This document shows positions 24,267 to 38,268 of a stretch of 64,000 bases of DNA, piece after piece; positions within the stretch are counted from its first letter, which is position 1; the number at the start of each line of letters is the position of its first letter. The position numbers and the translations under genes are program-made. Source of the DNA: Dimorphilus gyrociliatus (taxonomy: Eukaryota; Animalia; Annelida); the NCBI GenBank assembly GCA_904063045.1, contig CAJFCJ010000007.1, positions 1,632,873 through 1,696,872 of the forward strand, given 5' to 3'. Below the pieces are notes generated by a model. It saw only the letters and a program-made list of their open reading frames with translations. It searched no databases and was not told the DNA's origin.

Positions 24267-24523
24267 TATTTTGCAAAAATTTCATTTATAAATAAAAGCT
24301 TATAAATTTCAAATAGTGTTATAAAAATCCTAAAGATGGCGCTTGACATAATGAATAAATAACATTTCTGACGCAAAAATCTAACTTTGTGGTGCAAAGT
24401 ATATTTTCAAGTGCCACGATATTGTTAATGAAAGCAGTTTATTGCATCAGAATTAGTGGTATATAAAAGCAAAGGTAGCTATAGTTCAATATTCACAATA
24501 TTCAAAATTGAAATATAAGAAAG

Positions 24524-25428
24524 ATGCTAGTTAAAAATATTAAGAAAATGGATTTGAATAAGACTTTAAGTGAAGAAGAGGGGAGTATATGTCTTGACTC
24601 CCCTGCCTTGGAAAGAAAGAAAGACAAAATATTAGAAATCGCAAATACAGATTTAATGATATCAGAAGATAGTGGTAATATTCCAGATATTGACGAACAT
24701 TTTTCTCGTAAGAAACATAAACATAGAAAAAAAAATCGAGCTATGAATCCGAGTTCTGATTTGGAAGATAGTGATCTCTACAGTTATGATGAGGTATCAG
24801 TAGTTTTTCTTTAGTTCAAAGAATATTTGAAGCTTTACTAACAGCTCTTGTCAATGTTGCGAAAAACGGAAAGTTTAAGGCTAATTGAAAAAGGTCAAAA
24901 GGAAAAAACAATTGTTATTCCACTTCCCATCACTGCAAGAGTGTCTAAAGTTAAGTCAGCTCTGATAAACTTTGTGGCCATATGTAAGGCTTTAAACAGG
25001 GAACCTAAAATGTTTATCAAGTTCATTATGGTTGAATTTGGTACTCAGTAAGAAGAAACGTGCTTCATTATACAATTATGATTATTTATGATTTTTTTAA
25101 AACAGAGCTTCCATAGATAAAAACAATTGGCTAATTCTGAGAGGGATATACAAAGAGTATCACTTTACAGCAGTTATAAAAAGATTTATAAGTACAATAT
25201 TCATTTGATAACTAGTTATTAATTTATAAATGTTAAACACTTTTATTTCCTTCTTCAGGATCTTACGTTAAGTGTGTTGCATGTAGAGGATTTAATACAG
25301 AAATTCACCGTTTAAAAAGAGAATTATACGTTGTGTGCTATTATTGCGAAGCAAAAACAAATGTTGAACCAATCGTCGATTTGTACAAGGCTTTAACAGG
25401 TGTTCCAGGGGAAAAAAGGGATAATTAG
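24524..25428 (+). CDS. Divergent eIF2-beta paralog in tandem. Exons 24524-24793, 24845-25047, 25106-25191, 25259-25428
   Basis: Open spliced frame with one Lys-rich box, YSYDELL, NFVAICKALNREPK, EFGTQASID and zinc ribbon CVAC...CYYC. Two intron positions are shared with the neighbouring EIF2S2. Confidence 0.8.
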
Positions 25429-25538
25429 ATTTTTGCGTAATGATGGACTTTTGACAAAAAAATTTTCAGAAATTATATTAGAATTTTATCATCGAATTAA
25501 TCATTTTGGATCGTAAAATGATTCGTCAGCAGTGAAAC

Positions 25539-26926
25539 TCAATTTCGTAGGGTTGAAACTGTTAAAGAAGAATATTAATAGGAATTTATAGATTTAAAAA
25601 AAAAACATGCCAAATCCCATTCCCTGTAAAAAGAGGCGAAATGATTCTGTCAATTTGATCGGTTCCTCCTCCATAATGAGGCCACCACAGGAAAATTTGA
25701 CCCATGAGCAATTTGACGGATCCAATCGAGCATTCATTTCTATAGTATCGTTCAAATGAGGCGAAAAATCACTGGTCACGAGTAATACTGGGCATCTGAT
25801 CATTCGTGCTAGTTTCTTCTTGGCCGGTAAAGTCTTCAAAATTTCTTTTGAAGAATTCATTTAAGAAAGAATGAGTTTACTAACCTCTCTAATGATTCTT
25901 AAATCAGTTCGTTTTATATATGATTCTATAAACTTTCCCAAGTTAAATGGGTTGCATTTTTCTATATACTTGGAATATGAAGATATAAGATTTTCATTCG
26001 TTGTACCAGTTTTATTTCCAAACCAATGCCAAATTAAATATTCTTTCACTCTGTCTGTTATTGCACCTTTGTTTAAATTATGTATGTTAACCTATATAAA
26101 CATAGTTGTATTTTTACTTCATTTTTAATGTCAATAAAAATTAAATACCTTTTGATAACCCCATTCAGTCCAACTAGCTTTGGATGCTGTACAATTTATC
26201 AAGATTAAGCCATCTACTTTGTCAGGATACATCAGCTAAAATGAAATCCTAAAATAAGATTATATTGTTAAATTGGAGGAAATTTAAGCAAACCGAAAAT
26301 CTGCTTAAAATATTTCCACCAGCGCCAGAACCAAAGCCAATGAAGCGATCAACGCTGTAAAGAAAATTACTAAGATGTAAAGAAATCATCATTTTACTAT
26401 TTTTTACTTGTAAAATTTCATTATGAAATATATCATTTCAGAAAGTTGGTCCATCGTAGGATACTTGAAGCTGAAAGACACATAACAATATAAAATAATC
26501 TAATAGCTTTATTCATATTTCCATCAATTACGCAATATATAATATTTGTGAACTTACGATGGGGATAAATTTTGTGCTGCATCTTCTTGCCCTGGGGCAT
26601 TTATATGATAAACATTGAAGTCTCTTAAGATGGGAAGCACTCTCGGATGCTTAAAATAGCCACCAAAACTGGACATACCTGAAGTCCAAATAAAAGACTT
26701 AGGAAACAGTAAAGCAAAACGCAAATTTACCATTCAATCCTATGTCGTGAAAAGTAAATATCGCTCTTTTTTTTCCCTCCCCAGAAACTTGAACTTTAAT
26801 TTTCCCACAACTTCCTGTATCAATTATATCCTCCCTGTTTATGTCATGACTGACATTATCTTTCAGAGAATCGGGTATAGTTTCACGTAACTGGATGTCT
26901 TCTAAGTCATTATCATCATTGAACAT
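25539..26926 (-). CDS. NDRG: NDRG-family alpha/beta-hydrolase-fold protein; multi-exon
   Basis: [31 protein letters not shown] and [10 protein letters not shown]...[19 protein letters not shown]. The last exon is inferred through a GC-AG intron. Confidence 0.88.
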
Positions 26927-28192
26927 TTTCTCAAGCGGAAAAGGTTAATCACGAATAAATCTTTTATTAACTGTAATAGGTTTATTGGGACAAGTAATAA
27001 AAAAACCAATAAGTATAGTTTTACTATAACTTCATGAGTAGGAAACGGAACTCAGGTAAAGCAAAATATGACAAATGAATTGATTGGTTGCTATTATACC
27101 ACGTGACCCTGTCATAGTAAGACTTAAGTCTATTTTGTACATACTATATAGTGAATTGAAAAAATACCTTTTGAGATCATAGTTAATCGTTTGCTTTGAT
27201 AGTGTAGGCGTAGCTGCTATCTGCGAGGAAAGCAAAATGTTAACCTTTGACAATTGAAAGTTTCCCACGAAATTTAGTTCATCTTCCATGTCAGCTGTTC
27301 TCGTTAATTCAACAGTTTAAAGCAATAGAGGAAACGCATCCCGATAGAAATTGTTTTCTCCTTGAAAAATGTTTTTTCAAGAAAAAATTACGATACATTG
27401 CTTATATTCTTTACTGAGATTTAGCATAAAAGTCAAGCTTAAGTATACTTTATCCGATTTCAAATGTTTCATTGTGCCTGCCAGGAGATGTTTAGATGTT
27501 TTTTAATTAAAATGACAAATAAAGAACTAAATTTCTAGTCAGTGATACATTTTTTGAGTTTACTATATAAAAGTCTCAGTTTACATACTGTATATAATAA
27601 CGTTGATAAATACTTTCTCTAGACTAATGAAAGTTTTTTTGTCTAAGCTATTTTGTGGTTTATCTTCACTATGTTTGCTATCGATTCGATAACAATGAAA
27701 GCCATACAATTAAGTATTTAGGCTAGATGATCGAAAATTTGCGGCTATTTAACAAAGTTCATAAAAAATTAATTAAAATGATCAAGTCTATATAAAACAT
27801 TTTTCAAGAGCCTATGTAGTTATTATGATAATGTTAATTTAGAAACTATTTAAAAGAATAAGAACTTATGATCATAAGCCTAAGTAGGTTGCCAACTGTC
27901 TGAAAAGCTGGTGGTAGAATGTCATCTTTAAGTATAGAGTTTTATTAAAAAAAAAATTCCATCAGTCAAACGGATACAAAAAATATAGTTGTTTTAAATG
28001 TATATACTGTATATAACCTTTGAAATGCGATTTTTTTTTTGGAGTTTTTTATTAAAATCCTTGACTTTTTAAGTTATTTTTTAAAACAGTCGTCTGTAAT
28101 TAATTAAAAAAAAAGGTTTAGAAATTATTGATGAATAATGATTAAATTAGTGGCAGTTTATTAAATTAATATTTGTCAATTGAGAAGGTTTA

Positions 28193-29367
28193 TCAGTCTT
28201 TTAATGTAAATATAGAGAAACGATATAAGCCAAATCTGTCCTTTTCATTACTAATATGTGTTAGGGGAGAATTTAGATCCTTTAATAAATTAGGGATATA
28301 TTTATAGTGACTGCTATCCATTTCCATAAAAATCAATCCGCTTTCTTTTAAAAATTTTGGTGCAACTTCTATTATCTTACGAATTACATTTAGACCATCA
28401 TGACCGCCACGTAATGCTATTGGGTCTTCGTAAATTGCGACTTCGTCTTCTATGTATTCCATATCAATATCGGGTACGTATGGTGGGTTGGTGACGATAA
28501 AGTCATATTTGCGTTTGAGAATTCCAGGTAATTCGTCAATTCGAGCTTGTAGAACGGTCATCTTTGAACTAACATTATTTTTCTCTGAACTATATAAAAA
28601 AAATCATTTTGTACTTTCTTATGTAAGTATACAAACTTACAACTACTTAAAGCGTTTAATTTCCGGTTACAATTCTTTAACTTAATTGCTCAGGGTTTAC
28701 AATTAAAATTAATATTTCATGGCTTTTTAAGTAGGAAAATTGAATGAGGGTAACTATTAATAGTTATCTCAGCTTTTGCCTACTCTCTCATCTTATTTAA
28801 CATTTAATGTCTTAAAAATATATGGACTATTTTCGCTTTGAAACGAATACGGAGAATTAAATACAATTATAGATTCATTTACTTTAAAGTCGTTAATTCG
28901 CATGCTTGATTTGACATGTCAATAGATGTTATTTGTTGAAGATTGCTGATATTTTTCAACAAGGATATACCAATGGCGCCTGATCCGCAGCATAAATCCA
29001 GACCTGTTACTTCTTTGGCAGGAAAACTGTTTCTAATTTTGTCGATAGATAAATTAACTAAATCTTCTGTTTCTGGCCTAGGAATGAATACCGGTTTTTT
29101 TACAAACAATTCTATGTTACCCCATTGCCATTCGCCCAATATATATTGCATCGGCTGACGCTCCAATCTCTTCCAGATCATCTTGTAAACTCTTTTTACT
29201 TTATCATCGGTTACGTCCGTGTCATTGTCATATCCCGGCTTTTCGGCTTCACCTCTTTTAATTTTGTGTCTATTTTGAGCAGCAAAAGACAGAATATATT
29301 TAGCTGAAGATAAAGGTTCTGGTATACCTTCAGATGTAAAGAGGCGGTATAGGGCACGAATATTCAT
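28193..29367 (-). CDS. HEMK1: HemK/PrmC-type glutamine N5-methyltransferase; 2 exons with an intron at 28882-28590
   Basis: PMQYILGEW, VFIPRPETE, SAM motif LDLCCGSGAIG, NPPY and ALRGGHDGL. Confidence 0.88.
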
Positions 29368-30381
29368 ATCGCTCAATTTATAAACAAATTAAAGGGATTT
29401 CTAAAAGAATAAGCTATGAAATAATAACCACGATTCTAATGCTAATAACCACATGTGGTTTCAAGTGCATCAAACACTAATGTCTAAAGAAACTGTCTTT
29501 TTTCTGTATAGCCTTATGGATAAATAATAAAATGTAAAATAACTTTTTATTTAATATAGTTCATCCCTTTGAAGTTTTTATGTAAACATCTGGTAAACAC
29601 CTAATATTTAAAACTTATATTGTTTTATAATATTTTTATTGAATAATCTAAACATCATTTAAGATATTGCAAAGATAATGATTTGGTTAATGTATTTACG
29701 CGATTTTTCAGATAAAAACGTCCATAAGGAACGTCATTTACACGAAATAAATGCAACAAAAGTAATGGTAGGAAGGATGGCCATTCTACTTTTCTAACAA
29801 TTTAAAGTTTACTGTTCAAGCACGATCATTTGCATAGCTAATGAACTAATATGATAAATTGTTTAATATCTTTAGGGTAGCTTGATTAGGCTTAATAGTT
29901 AAAAAAGCCTATTTCAAAATTTTTTAAAAACTGTTTTAACGAAGATTTTTATGTTTTAAAACGTCACACACCGATATTGAAAATTGACTTTGTCCTATTT
30001 TATTCTTAAAGCATAATAAACTTTGACATTGTTTCATACTGATCCATTTGAAGATGTTCATTATTTAAGTATTTTAACACCTCCCTACCTTTAAAACATA
30101 AGAAAAAGTTACGGTCGTCACCGACAAATAAGAAATCATAAGTAAACTACACAAAGGAAAGATATAAAGCTAGTTTCACCAGCGCGTAAGTACTGTCCAT
30201 CGTCTGCTATAAAGTTTGGCGCGCGCAAAAGTTTTTTGTCAGTGACGTCACGCAAACAAACATGGCCGGAAACCATACAACTTTTTAGTCGAAGATCAGA
30301 TGGCTGTCTGCACTCGCACAGTCTACTCGACAAATTCGACAAACAACGTGGCGAAAGTTGTTGGCATGGATATAATCGGAT

Positions 30382-33300
30382 ATGTTTGTCAAGTACAAGA
30401 TCCGCTCGAAAAACCTATTCTTCCTATTTGTCGGACTGATTTTCGGCTTATACTTAGGGAAAGAATTTCGACAGGTTTGTCAAAAAATACTTTTGGAGGA
30501 AAGAATTATTAATAGACTTGACAATTCTAATAAATTACCTAAAACATTATTCGTGGGAGTTATGACTGCTAAGAAATACCTAAAAACTAGGGCAGTAGCT
30601 GCACAAAAAACGTGGATTAAAACTATTCCAGGAAAAGTCCTTTTTTTTTCTAGTCAATCTTCCGTGTCAACTCCAGAAGTTCCAGTAGTAGGGTTGGAAG
30701 GAGTTGATGATTCTTATCCCCCTCAAAGGAAATCCCTTCTCATGCTCAAATACATGCATGACCACTTCCTTAACGACTATGAATGGTTCATGCGGGCGGA
30801 TGACGATATTTACATACGGGGAGACAAATTAGGAATTTTTCTTAATTCGATTAATAGTTCTAGGCCACAATATATAGGCCAAGCAGGTCAGGGTAAAAAA
30901 GAGGAGGTTGGATTATTATATTTGAACGAGGATGAAAACTTTTGTATGGGTGGACCAGGTATGGTTTTCTCAAGAGCAACTCTCAGGGCAATAGCTCCTT
31001 ATCTAGAAAAATGCCTAGATAACTTAATCACCACTCACGAAGACGTCGAAGTTGGGCGGTGTGTGAGACAGTTTGCCAAAATCCCCTGCACTTGGTCATT
31101 TGAGGTTTGTATTTCACTATTAGATCACATTGTATTCATTACAAATTACGGACAACGTTATTCGAACATTCGTTTTGTGAATTATTGAAAGACAATATAA
31201 CTTTTAACATATATATAACATAAATGTTATAAACGCAGTAAACCACCCATCCTATCACGCATTTACAGCATTGGTACATAACCAGTTTGTTCTAGTACGA
31301 ACGAATAGGCCCAAGCCTGTATATCTATTTTATTTACAACTGTTTATTATCGATGCAGATGTGCTTTTAATCTTCTTGACGAACATTCCAATACTAATAA
31401 TTGATTCCCTTAATCTATTTATTAATTAGATTAAAGTGTCTATAGAACAGACTGTAACTTATTGGCATACGTTGCTTAAATTAATGGTATATGCATATTT
31501 AATTCGTGAATTGCACAGATAATTGATTTTTAACGCAATATCGTATACCTATGAAGTGGCTACTTTGAGTAAGAAAAATCAGGGTCGTTTCTACTATTAT
31601 TATTAAATATAACCATGAAAAAGATATAAGTTTTATACAATAGTGATTGATTAACAACATTAATTATCTTGATTTGATGAATAAGTCGTTTTAATGGAGA
31701 GATTTAATATTGCTTTAAAGCTGAATAATAGTTTCTACATAGTTTTGTTAGAAGTCTTAAGCATAGAAGTTCATTTGTATATTAATGTTTTACTTTTTAA
31801 ATGTTTGTATTTATAGCAAGATAGCTGTACATTAAGTATTTAAAATGATATTTAATTACAAACAAAAAACGAACTGTAATGGGGGGACGAGGTTAATAGC
31901 GATGAGCATAAAATAGAAATTTGATACTTGGTTTGTTAATTCCATTGTTGCATTTAAACAGAAAACGATTCAATTTCTCAAGTTCTTTTCATATATCAAG
32001 ATATGGAAATTTATTCTTGGTATATAACGTATTCACAACAATGTGACCTATCAGGAAAGATTATGATAAATGTAGCCAAAGAGAGAGTTTGACTTTCTAG
32101 ATAACAAACCAGTTTTGTGGAGCCTAATGTTTTACATGTTTAACTGTAACCTGTGCTAGGTTTTATCAATGGAAAAAATCTGTAACATCGCACACACTAT
32201 ACTCTGAAAAAAGACTGTTAATTATTCGCCTCAGATAATCTAATTTTTTTAAATAGGTCAGCTTTATTTAAAAAAAACACAATTTGATAACTACAGGGGA
32301 AAATTAATTTCCGATAAACTAAAATAATAATCAAAATACACTTTTAATGACTTTGAAATAATATTGCTACTTCTACGTTCTATCGAAGTAACATGGGCGA
32401 AATCTAATCGCAGTCAAATAAGATAAACTAATTTCCCCTTCTACTGTTTTATCTGAAAAATTGAGCCTTTTTAGATGGATTATGATAAAAGCACTGTACA
32501 AAATATAAATAGGGTCAGCTGTATTTCGTCTGTCATCTGCCTCAAGAAACTTGGTCAGCTAAATATCTCAGTATTCCTTTCTATAACCCCTTTCTTATCT
32601 TTGACTTAGAAATCAGATTAATCAGATACTGTTTGCTTAGTGTATTTGATATTATCATTTAATGGAAACCTTTTGTTTCAATTATTTTATTCTCTATTGA
32701 AATTTTAAATGAAGGTTTTAATTATGTAATTTTGAAAAATTAAAAAGAGATATTTCCCACTATTACAGTTAATATTGCAAAATTTCATTAAGCAAATTAT
32801 TCTTAACGCATGAGGGAAATTTATCTATTCATTTCGATCAGTCACAAGATCTTTTTCTCTAAACTCCCTTATCAGTAATCATTGTTTTTTTTCCCGCTTA
32901 TCAGAGATTGAACAGTTTATTTATACAATTGCTTTACCATTTATGGAATCGCAATAGAATATTGATAGAACAAATACCAGATTTCAAAAATTTTGCCTTA
33001 ATAGATTTAAACTAGGCTTAGTTGGGTTAATTTCATAAAACTTTGTCATTTAAATGATTTATATCAGGGGAAAGTGTCAATTGCTTATTTATCTTACATT
33101 GTTTATTAGTACTTTTGCCTTAGATTAAGCTAAAAAGAATTACACATTTCTTTTGATCAGACAAGATGATAAAGAATATCTGAAAAGAGTGTATAGCTAA
33201 TTTTAAAATTATCTCTTCAGATGTCAACGATTATGTACTCATCGAGTAACTTAAAATTTAGAATATTTAATCATAATACCGTCTAAAGCTAATATTCTGT

Positions 33301-35046
33301 AAAAGAAGATGTAGCTATGTGACCTTTAGACTATTGTTCACGTTGCAAAGGAGATTTACTTTATAACATTTAAAAAAAATATTTAAAAGCCCTCTTTCAT
33401 CTCTGAAGATTTTCTGCTCACAAAAGAAATTTAATCCATTATACAACTGCATTTTATAGTTCGTTTTAGTGTCCTTAGTTTTAATGCTCTATATAAAATG
33501 TACATGAAACTAAAACAGGCCAAAAGAAGCTGGACTTAATATAAAAGTATATATAGGTCTATTTGTATCCTCAGCATTAAAATCGTAGTTTATATTAATA
33601 ATTTGAAAAATGCTATAATATTATTACTAGTTAAAATAAATCATTCTAATACAAAAATTTTCACAGATGCAACGTCTCTTTCTACATAACCATGACGAAC
33701 CTCAAGGATCGTTCACTTCAACTCTAGCAGGATCTCTAGTACATTCAATTACCCTGCATCCTGTAAAATCCCCTCCTTTTTTATACAGACTTCATTCGTT
33801 TTTCCTTGCTTCTCATTCCAACGAACTTCGTCATCGTGTTCTCATGAAAAGGCGTCTTTTAAGTAATTATGGGGAGCCATCTTTAACGAAATTTCGAAAA
33901 CGAGATGTGCAAGAATCCTTGTCCTGGAATTTTATTCAAAGACACTCATATACCAGAAATAATAATAACCCCAACATTGGCATTTATGACTCATATAAGG
34001 AATATTTAGTAAAAACAATAGGAAATTTTTTGGATTACCTTAATCTTAAGTCAAGACAAAGGGGTAAGAGGGTAGAGTTTAAACAAATTATTTATGGTTA
34101 CACAAGTATTAATCCAAAAGAAGGCGCTAACCTCATTTTAGATCTGTTAATAATGTACAAGAAGCAAAAGAATCGAAGAAATATTCCTGCCAGAAAACAT
34201 ACATATTTACGAACGCCTTTTTCTGATGTTCAATGTAGAGTGCTTGACAAAAATAATGCTACAATAAATATAATTGTTCCATTGCTTGATAGACATGATA
34301 AATTAAAAATTTTTTTGGAAAAGATGAATGAAGAATGCTTCAAATTTAAGGAACCAAAAGTTCGCCTACTCTTTGTATTATATGCTGGAGTCAGCTTAAA
34401 CAATAATAAAAGGCTAATAACAGAATATCAATCCAAATTAACTGGACATGAGATACTATTTGAACAGAAAGTGGCAGAGTTCTCAAGGGGATCTGCTTTG
34501 CAATATGGTGCTAGTTTATTTAAAAATTCTTCTCTCTTGCTCTTCCTTGATATAGATATTTTGATATCGAGATCAACTTTACAAAGAGTCATTCAAGGAA
34601 CTGTTCAAGGCAAACAAGTGTATTACCCAATAGTCTTCAGTGAGTTTCTGTTTAAGAAAAATGATGAGTTGAACGACTCCAATGGACTGTGGCGTCAATT
34701 CGGTTTTGGTATAGCTTCAATGTATAAAAGTGATTTTCTAGCAGTTAAAGGTTTTGATACGAGAATAGTTGGATGGGGAAAGGAGGATGTAGACTTGTAT
34801 GAAAAATTCGTTAGAACAAACTTATCTGTTCTTAGAGCTGTTGATCCTGGTATGATTCATATGTATCACGATAAACATTGTGATAGGAGCATGTGGAATT
34901 TCGATATGTGCATGAGTACGAAATATTCCATGTTTGCTTCCATTACTGGTCTAGCAGAAATGGTGCTAAATAATACTATACTTCGTCGGACAAAACATAA
35001 TGATAACTTTGATGTTGATATGAGATATTTTCAAGGTGCTCGGTGA
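30382..35046 (+). CDS. CHSY1: Chondroitin sulfate synthase 1; 2 exons (30382-31104, 33667-35046)
   Basis: N-terminal TM, LFVGVMTA, DDSYPPQRKS, WFMRADDD and THEDVEVGRC. The junction reads WSFE|MQRLF. The second domain has FSRGSAL, DID, VYYPIVFS and GWGKEDVDL. Confidence 0.92.
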
Positions 35047-35914
35047 CGACAAGAAAATGAAGTGCTGTTACTTGTTATGGTTCCAATTTTAATAAATGTT
35101 ATATTCTCTGTGAAATACATAAAATATCCTTTTAAGATGTAATTTGTTTATGTAAATTTTATAATTTCATCGTATGTCATATGGGAATGTTGATTGACAA
35201 TATTGATTCAGAGTAAAATTTTCAAATTTGTTTTATATAGTTTATGATTATACTCCCAATTCATTAAAAAATTTAAAACATGGTCAACAGTTTGAGAATA
35301 TAAAAGAAAATGGCACTCAAAAAAAGACTCAGCTAAGCATAATAGAATAAATATTCTCAGGAGAGTAATCAGTTGAATTTAGAAAATTTTCTAATAGGAA
35401 ATGTAGAATACCGTTACTGTTATAATTTTCTCTTACAGTTAAAGAAATTGACACTTGCTATTTGTGCTATATGAGATTTTGATATGAAACTTTTTGTTTA
35501 ATAGTTTTACAAACTTTTTCTGAGTAGTTTGTGAGAGGTGGAATAATTTTTATCATGTTAATCAAATAAATACAGACAAAGCACTGCGTAATTTATATAG
35601 AGGCAACTTAAATGCTATTATTACAGAATATTTATATTTGTATACATTATTATTATAATTATTATATTAGTATATCATTTTATAGTTAGGTAAATACACC
35701 AGTTTAGAATGAACCTTACTAATGGATTCTAAACGACGCCATATTTCAACTCTGTGTGATCCCTGTCTATGTTTGGAACATAGAATAGGTATGCTATACA
35801 AAGAAAGATACAGAAGGAAACTTTTTCGCTCATAGAGGGCGCTTGTAGAATAACAGCTGTTTTCATTGTCCACTACAAACCTTCGATTGATTAAATAATA
35901 TGAAATAGACTGAA

Positions 35915-38268
35915 ATGACTATCTTAACGATTAGAAGAAATGATTCTGAATCGAATATATCAGTTACGCAACCTGCCAATAAATTTGGAGTATTTGGAAT
36001 TAAACCAAGATTCCTACAAAATTGCAATAATGCATTGGTTGCCTGTTTTTGGCTAACAATTGCTAGAACCTTATCATCAGCTTTAACTGCTGGAGTTGTT
36101 GGATCTACGCTTCCTCACGTTGAGAAGAGATTTGGATTTACTAGCAGACAATCCGCTATTTTCATAGCAATTTTTGATTTCGCAAGCATTCCGTCCCTGA
36201 TACTGGTTTCCGTATTAGGTATAATTAATGTCTTATTTTATTTTGTTAAGGTTATTAGTATTAATGCTGTTTGTACGTTTACTATTATTTGAAAAAAAAG
36301 GCGGAAACTATAAAGCTCAAAAATGATAATTGATTACCTTCTAAAAAGGAGCTTGTAAGCACATTATCAGTTTATAAAACTTGTTTTTCACACTCTTTAA
36401 TACAAACTCAAATTTTAAAAGATGATCAGTTCAAGTTGTTTGCTTTGTTTTTGCAAAGGTGCACAATGCCACAAACCAAAAGTAATCGGATTTGGAATGT
36501 TACTCCTGAGTGCCTCGTGCATAGTCGCTGTTCTTCCTCACTTTTTTACATCATCGTACGTTCCAAAGGTGGAGAAAAATGAAAATGATTCGCATATTCT
36601 ATGTGGAGAGTCTGAATATCAAGGCTGCCGAGTTGTCGAGAAAAAACTAATATCCTCAACACATTGGGCTTTGGGTTGCTTAATTATGGCTAGGATATTA
36701 TGTGCTTTTGGTAACACTCCGCTAAACACTCTTGCTTATAATTACATGCATGATGTGGCTCGGAAAGAACATTTCAACATTGCAGTAGCGGTTTTGAACA
36801 TGGCAATGATGATTGGAACTGCCGTGGGTTATCTCGCTGGTGCAGCAACACTAGAGTTACCTCATACCTGGCCAGCAAAAGCTGATTTCTCAAAGTCTAA
36901 TCCAAATTATGTTGGTGCCTGGTGGTTAAGTTATATTGTAATTGCCTTGGCAACTTTGATAACTTTTATACCTATTTCCGCTTTTCCACGTGATCTACCT
37001 GGTGCAGAGGGAATTCGAAGAAATAGAAAAACAGAAGCACACAAGGGCCAAGAAGATGATGAGACAGCCATTTTCGTACACTGGAGAGATATGGGGGCGC
37101 ACGCGAAAAGATTAATAAAAAATTTTCCTTTCCTTGCACTTGCAATGTATTATTCAGTAAATTATTCAACAACAAATGGGTTTGCTGATTTTGCACCAAA
37201 ACTGGTCCAAGTAGGTTTTGGTTTAAGCGCTTCAAAAGCGGCATTAGCAGCTGGAACAACGTTAGTTCTGGCTGCACCATTCGGAACCATTTTGGCAACT
37301 TTTATTAGTACCAAATTTAAGTTCTCTTGCAAAAATTTATTGACTTGGGTATGCATCATCTCTTTCACTGCAACAACTTTTGCTCCAATTCTCTTAGCTC
37401 CTTGTCAAGGTCCAGCATTAAGACATACTGATTACAATTGTCTCACCAACTTCTGTAGATGTTCTGATAATGAAATTCAGGCTGTTTGCGGATCTGATGG
37501 GTATACTTACGAGTCTGCCTGTCATGCAGGATGTCTTTCGGCAAATTCTACTACGGTAAGCGGCTTTAAAATAAAGAGGTTGAAAAGAGTAATGTTTAAT
37601 TTTTTTGGTTACAGGATTTTCATAATTGTCAATGTTTAATTAATTCAACACAATCAGCAAAAGCAGGCGTCTGCCCTCACCCTGGATGTGGATGGAGACT
37701 TCCCGTTTTCTTGGGATTAGTATTTATATTTTGCGCATTGCTATTCGCTGAGCAAACATTAGCGACGACGGCCACCGTCAGAATTGTTGGCGCGTCTCAG
37801 AGGCCAATGGCTATAGCCCTTAAGTGGACAGGAATTCGTTTGATAAGTAAAAGAATTATTTAATAAAACTTTACCATTTACTACTTAATGAATAAATATA
37901 TAAATTAAGTTCATAAAATTTGGGCTTAACTTCTTTTACATTGTAATAATTCTAATTTTATTACTATATTTCTTGACTTAGGTCCTATTTTTGGTCCATT
38001 TAGTATGGGAATTATATTTGATTCTGCTTGTCAGCTCTGGAGTAAAAAATGTGGAGCTCGAAGATCCTGTGAAATGTATGATACTCATGACTTGTCAATG
38101 AAGATGATGATCTTGCAGTTGTTCATTCATGTCATATCTACTGTTTTAGCAGCAGTCGCTATTGGATGCTATCGCAAGCCATCAAATAATTCGATAAGAA
38201 ACGACGAATTAGAAAAAATGGCAGATCAACAAACTGAGAAAAGGTCCAATCCTGATAATGATGATTGA
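35915..38268 (+). CDS. SLCO: Organic anion transporting polypeptide (OATP/SLCO); 4 exons
   Basis: VEKRFGFTS, HKPKVIGFG, GAWWL, a Kazal-like loop CGSDGYTYESACHAGC and C-terminal GPLV.GIIFDSACQLW...CG....C..YD. Confidence 0.88.
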
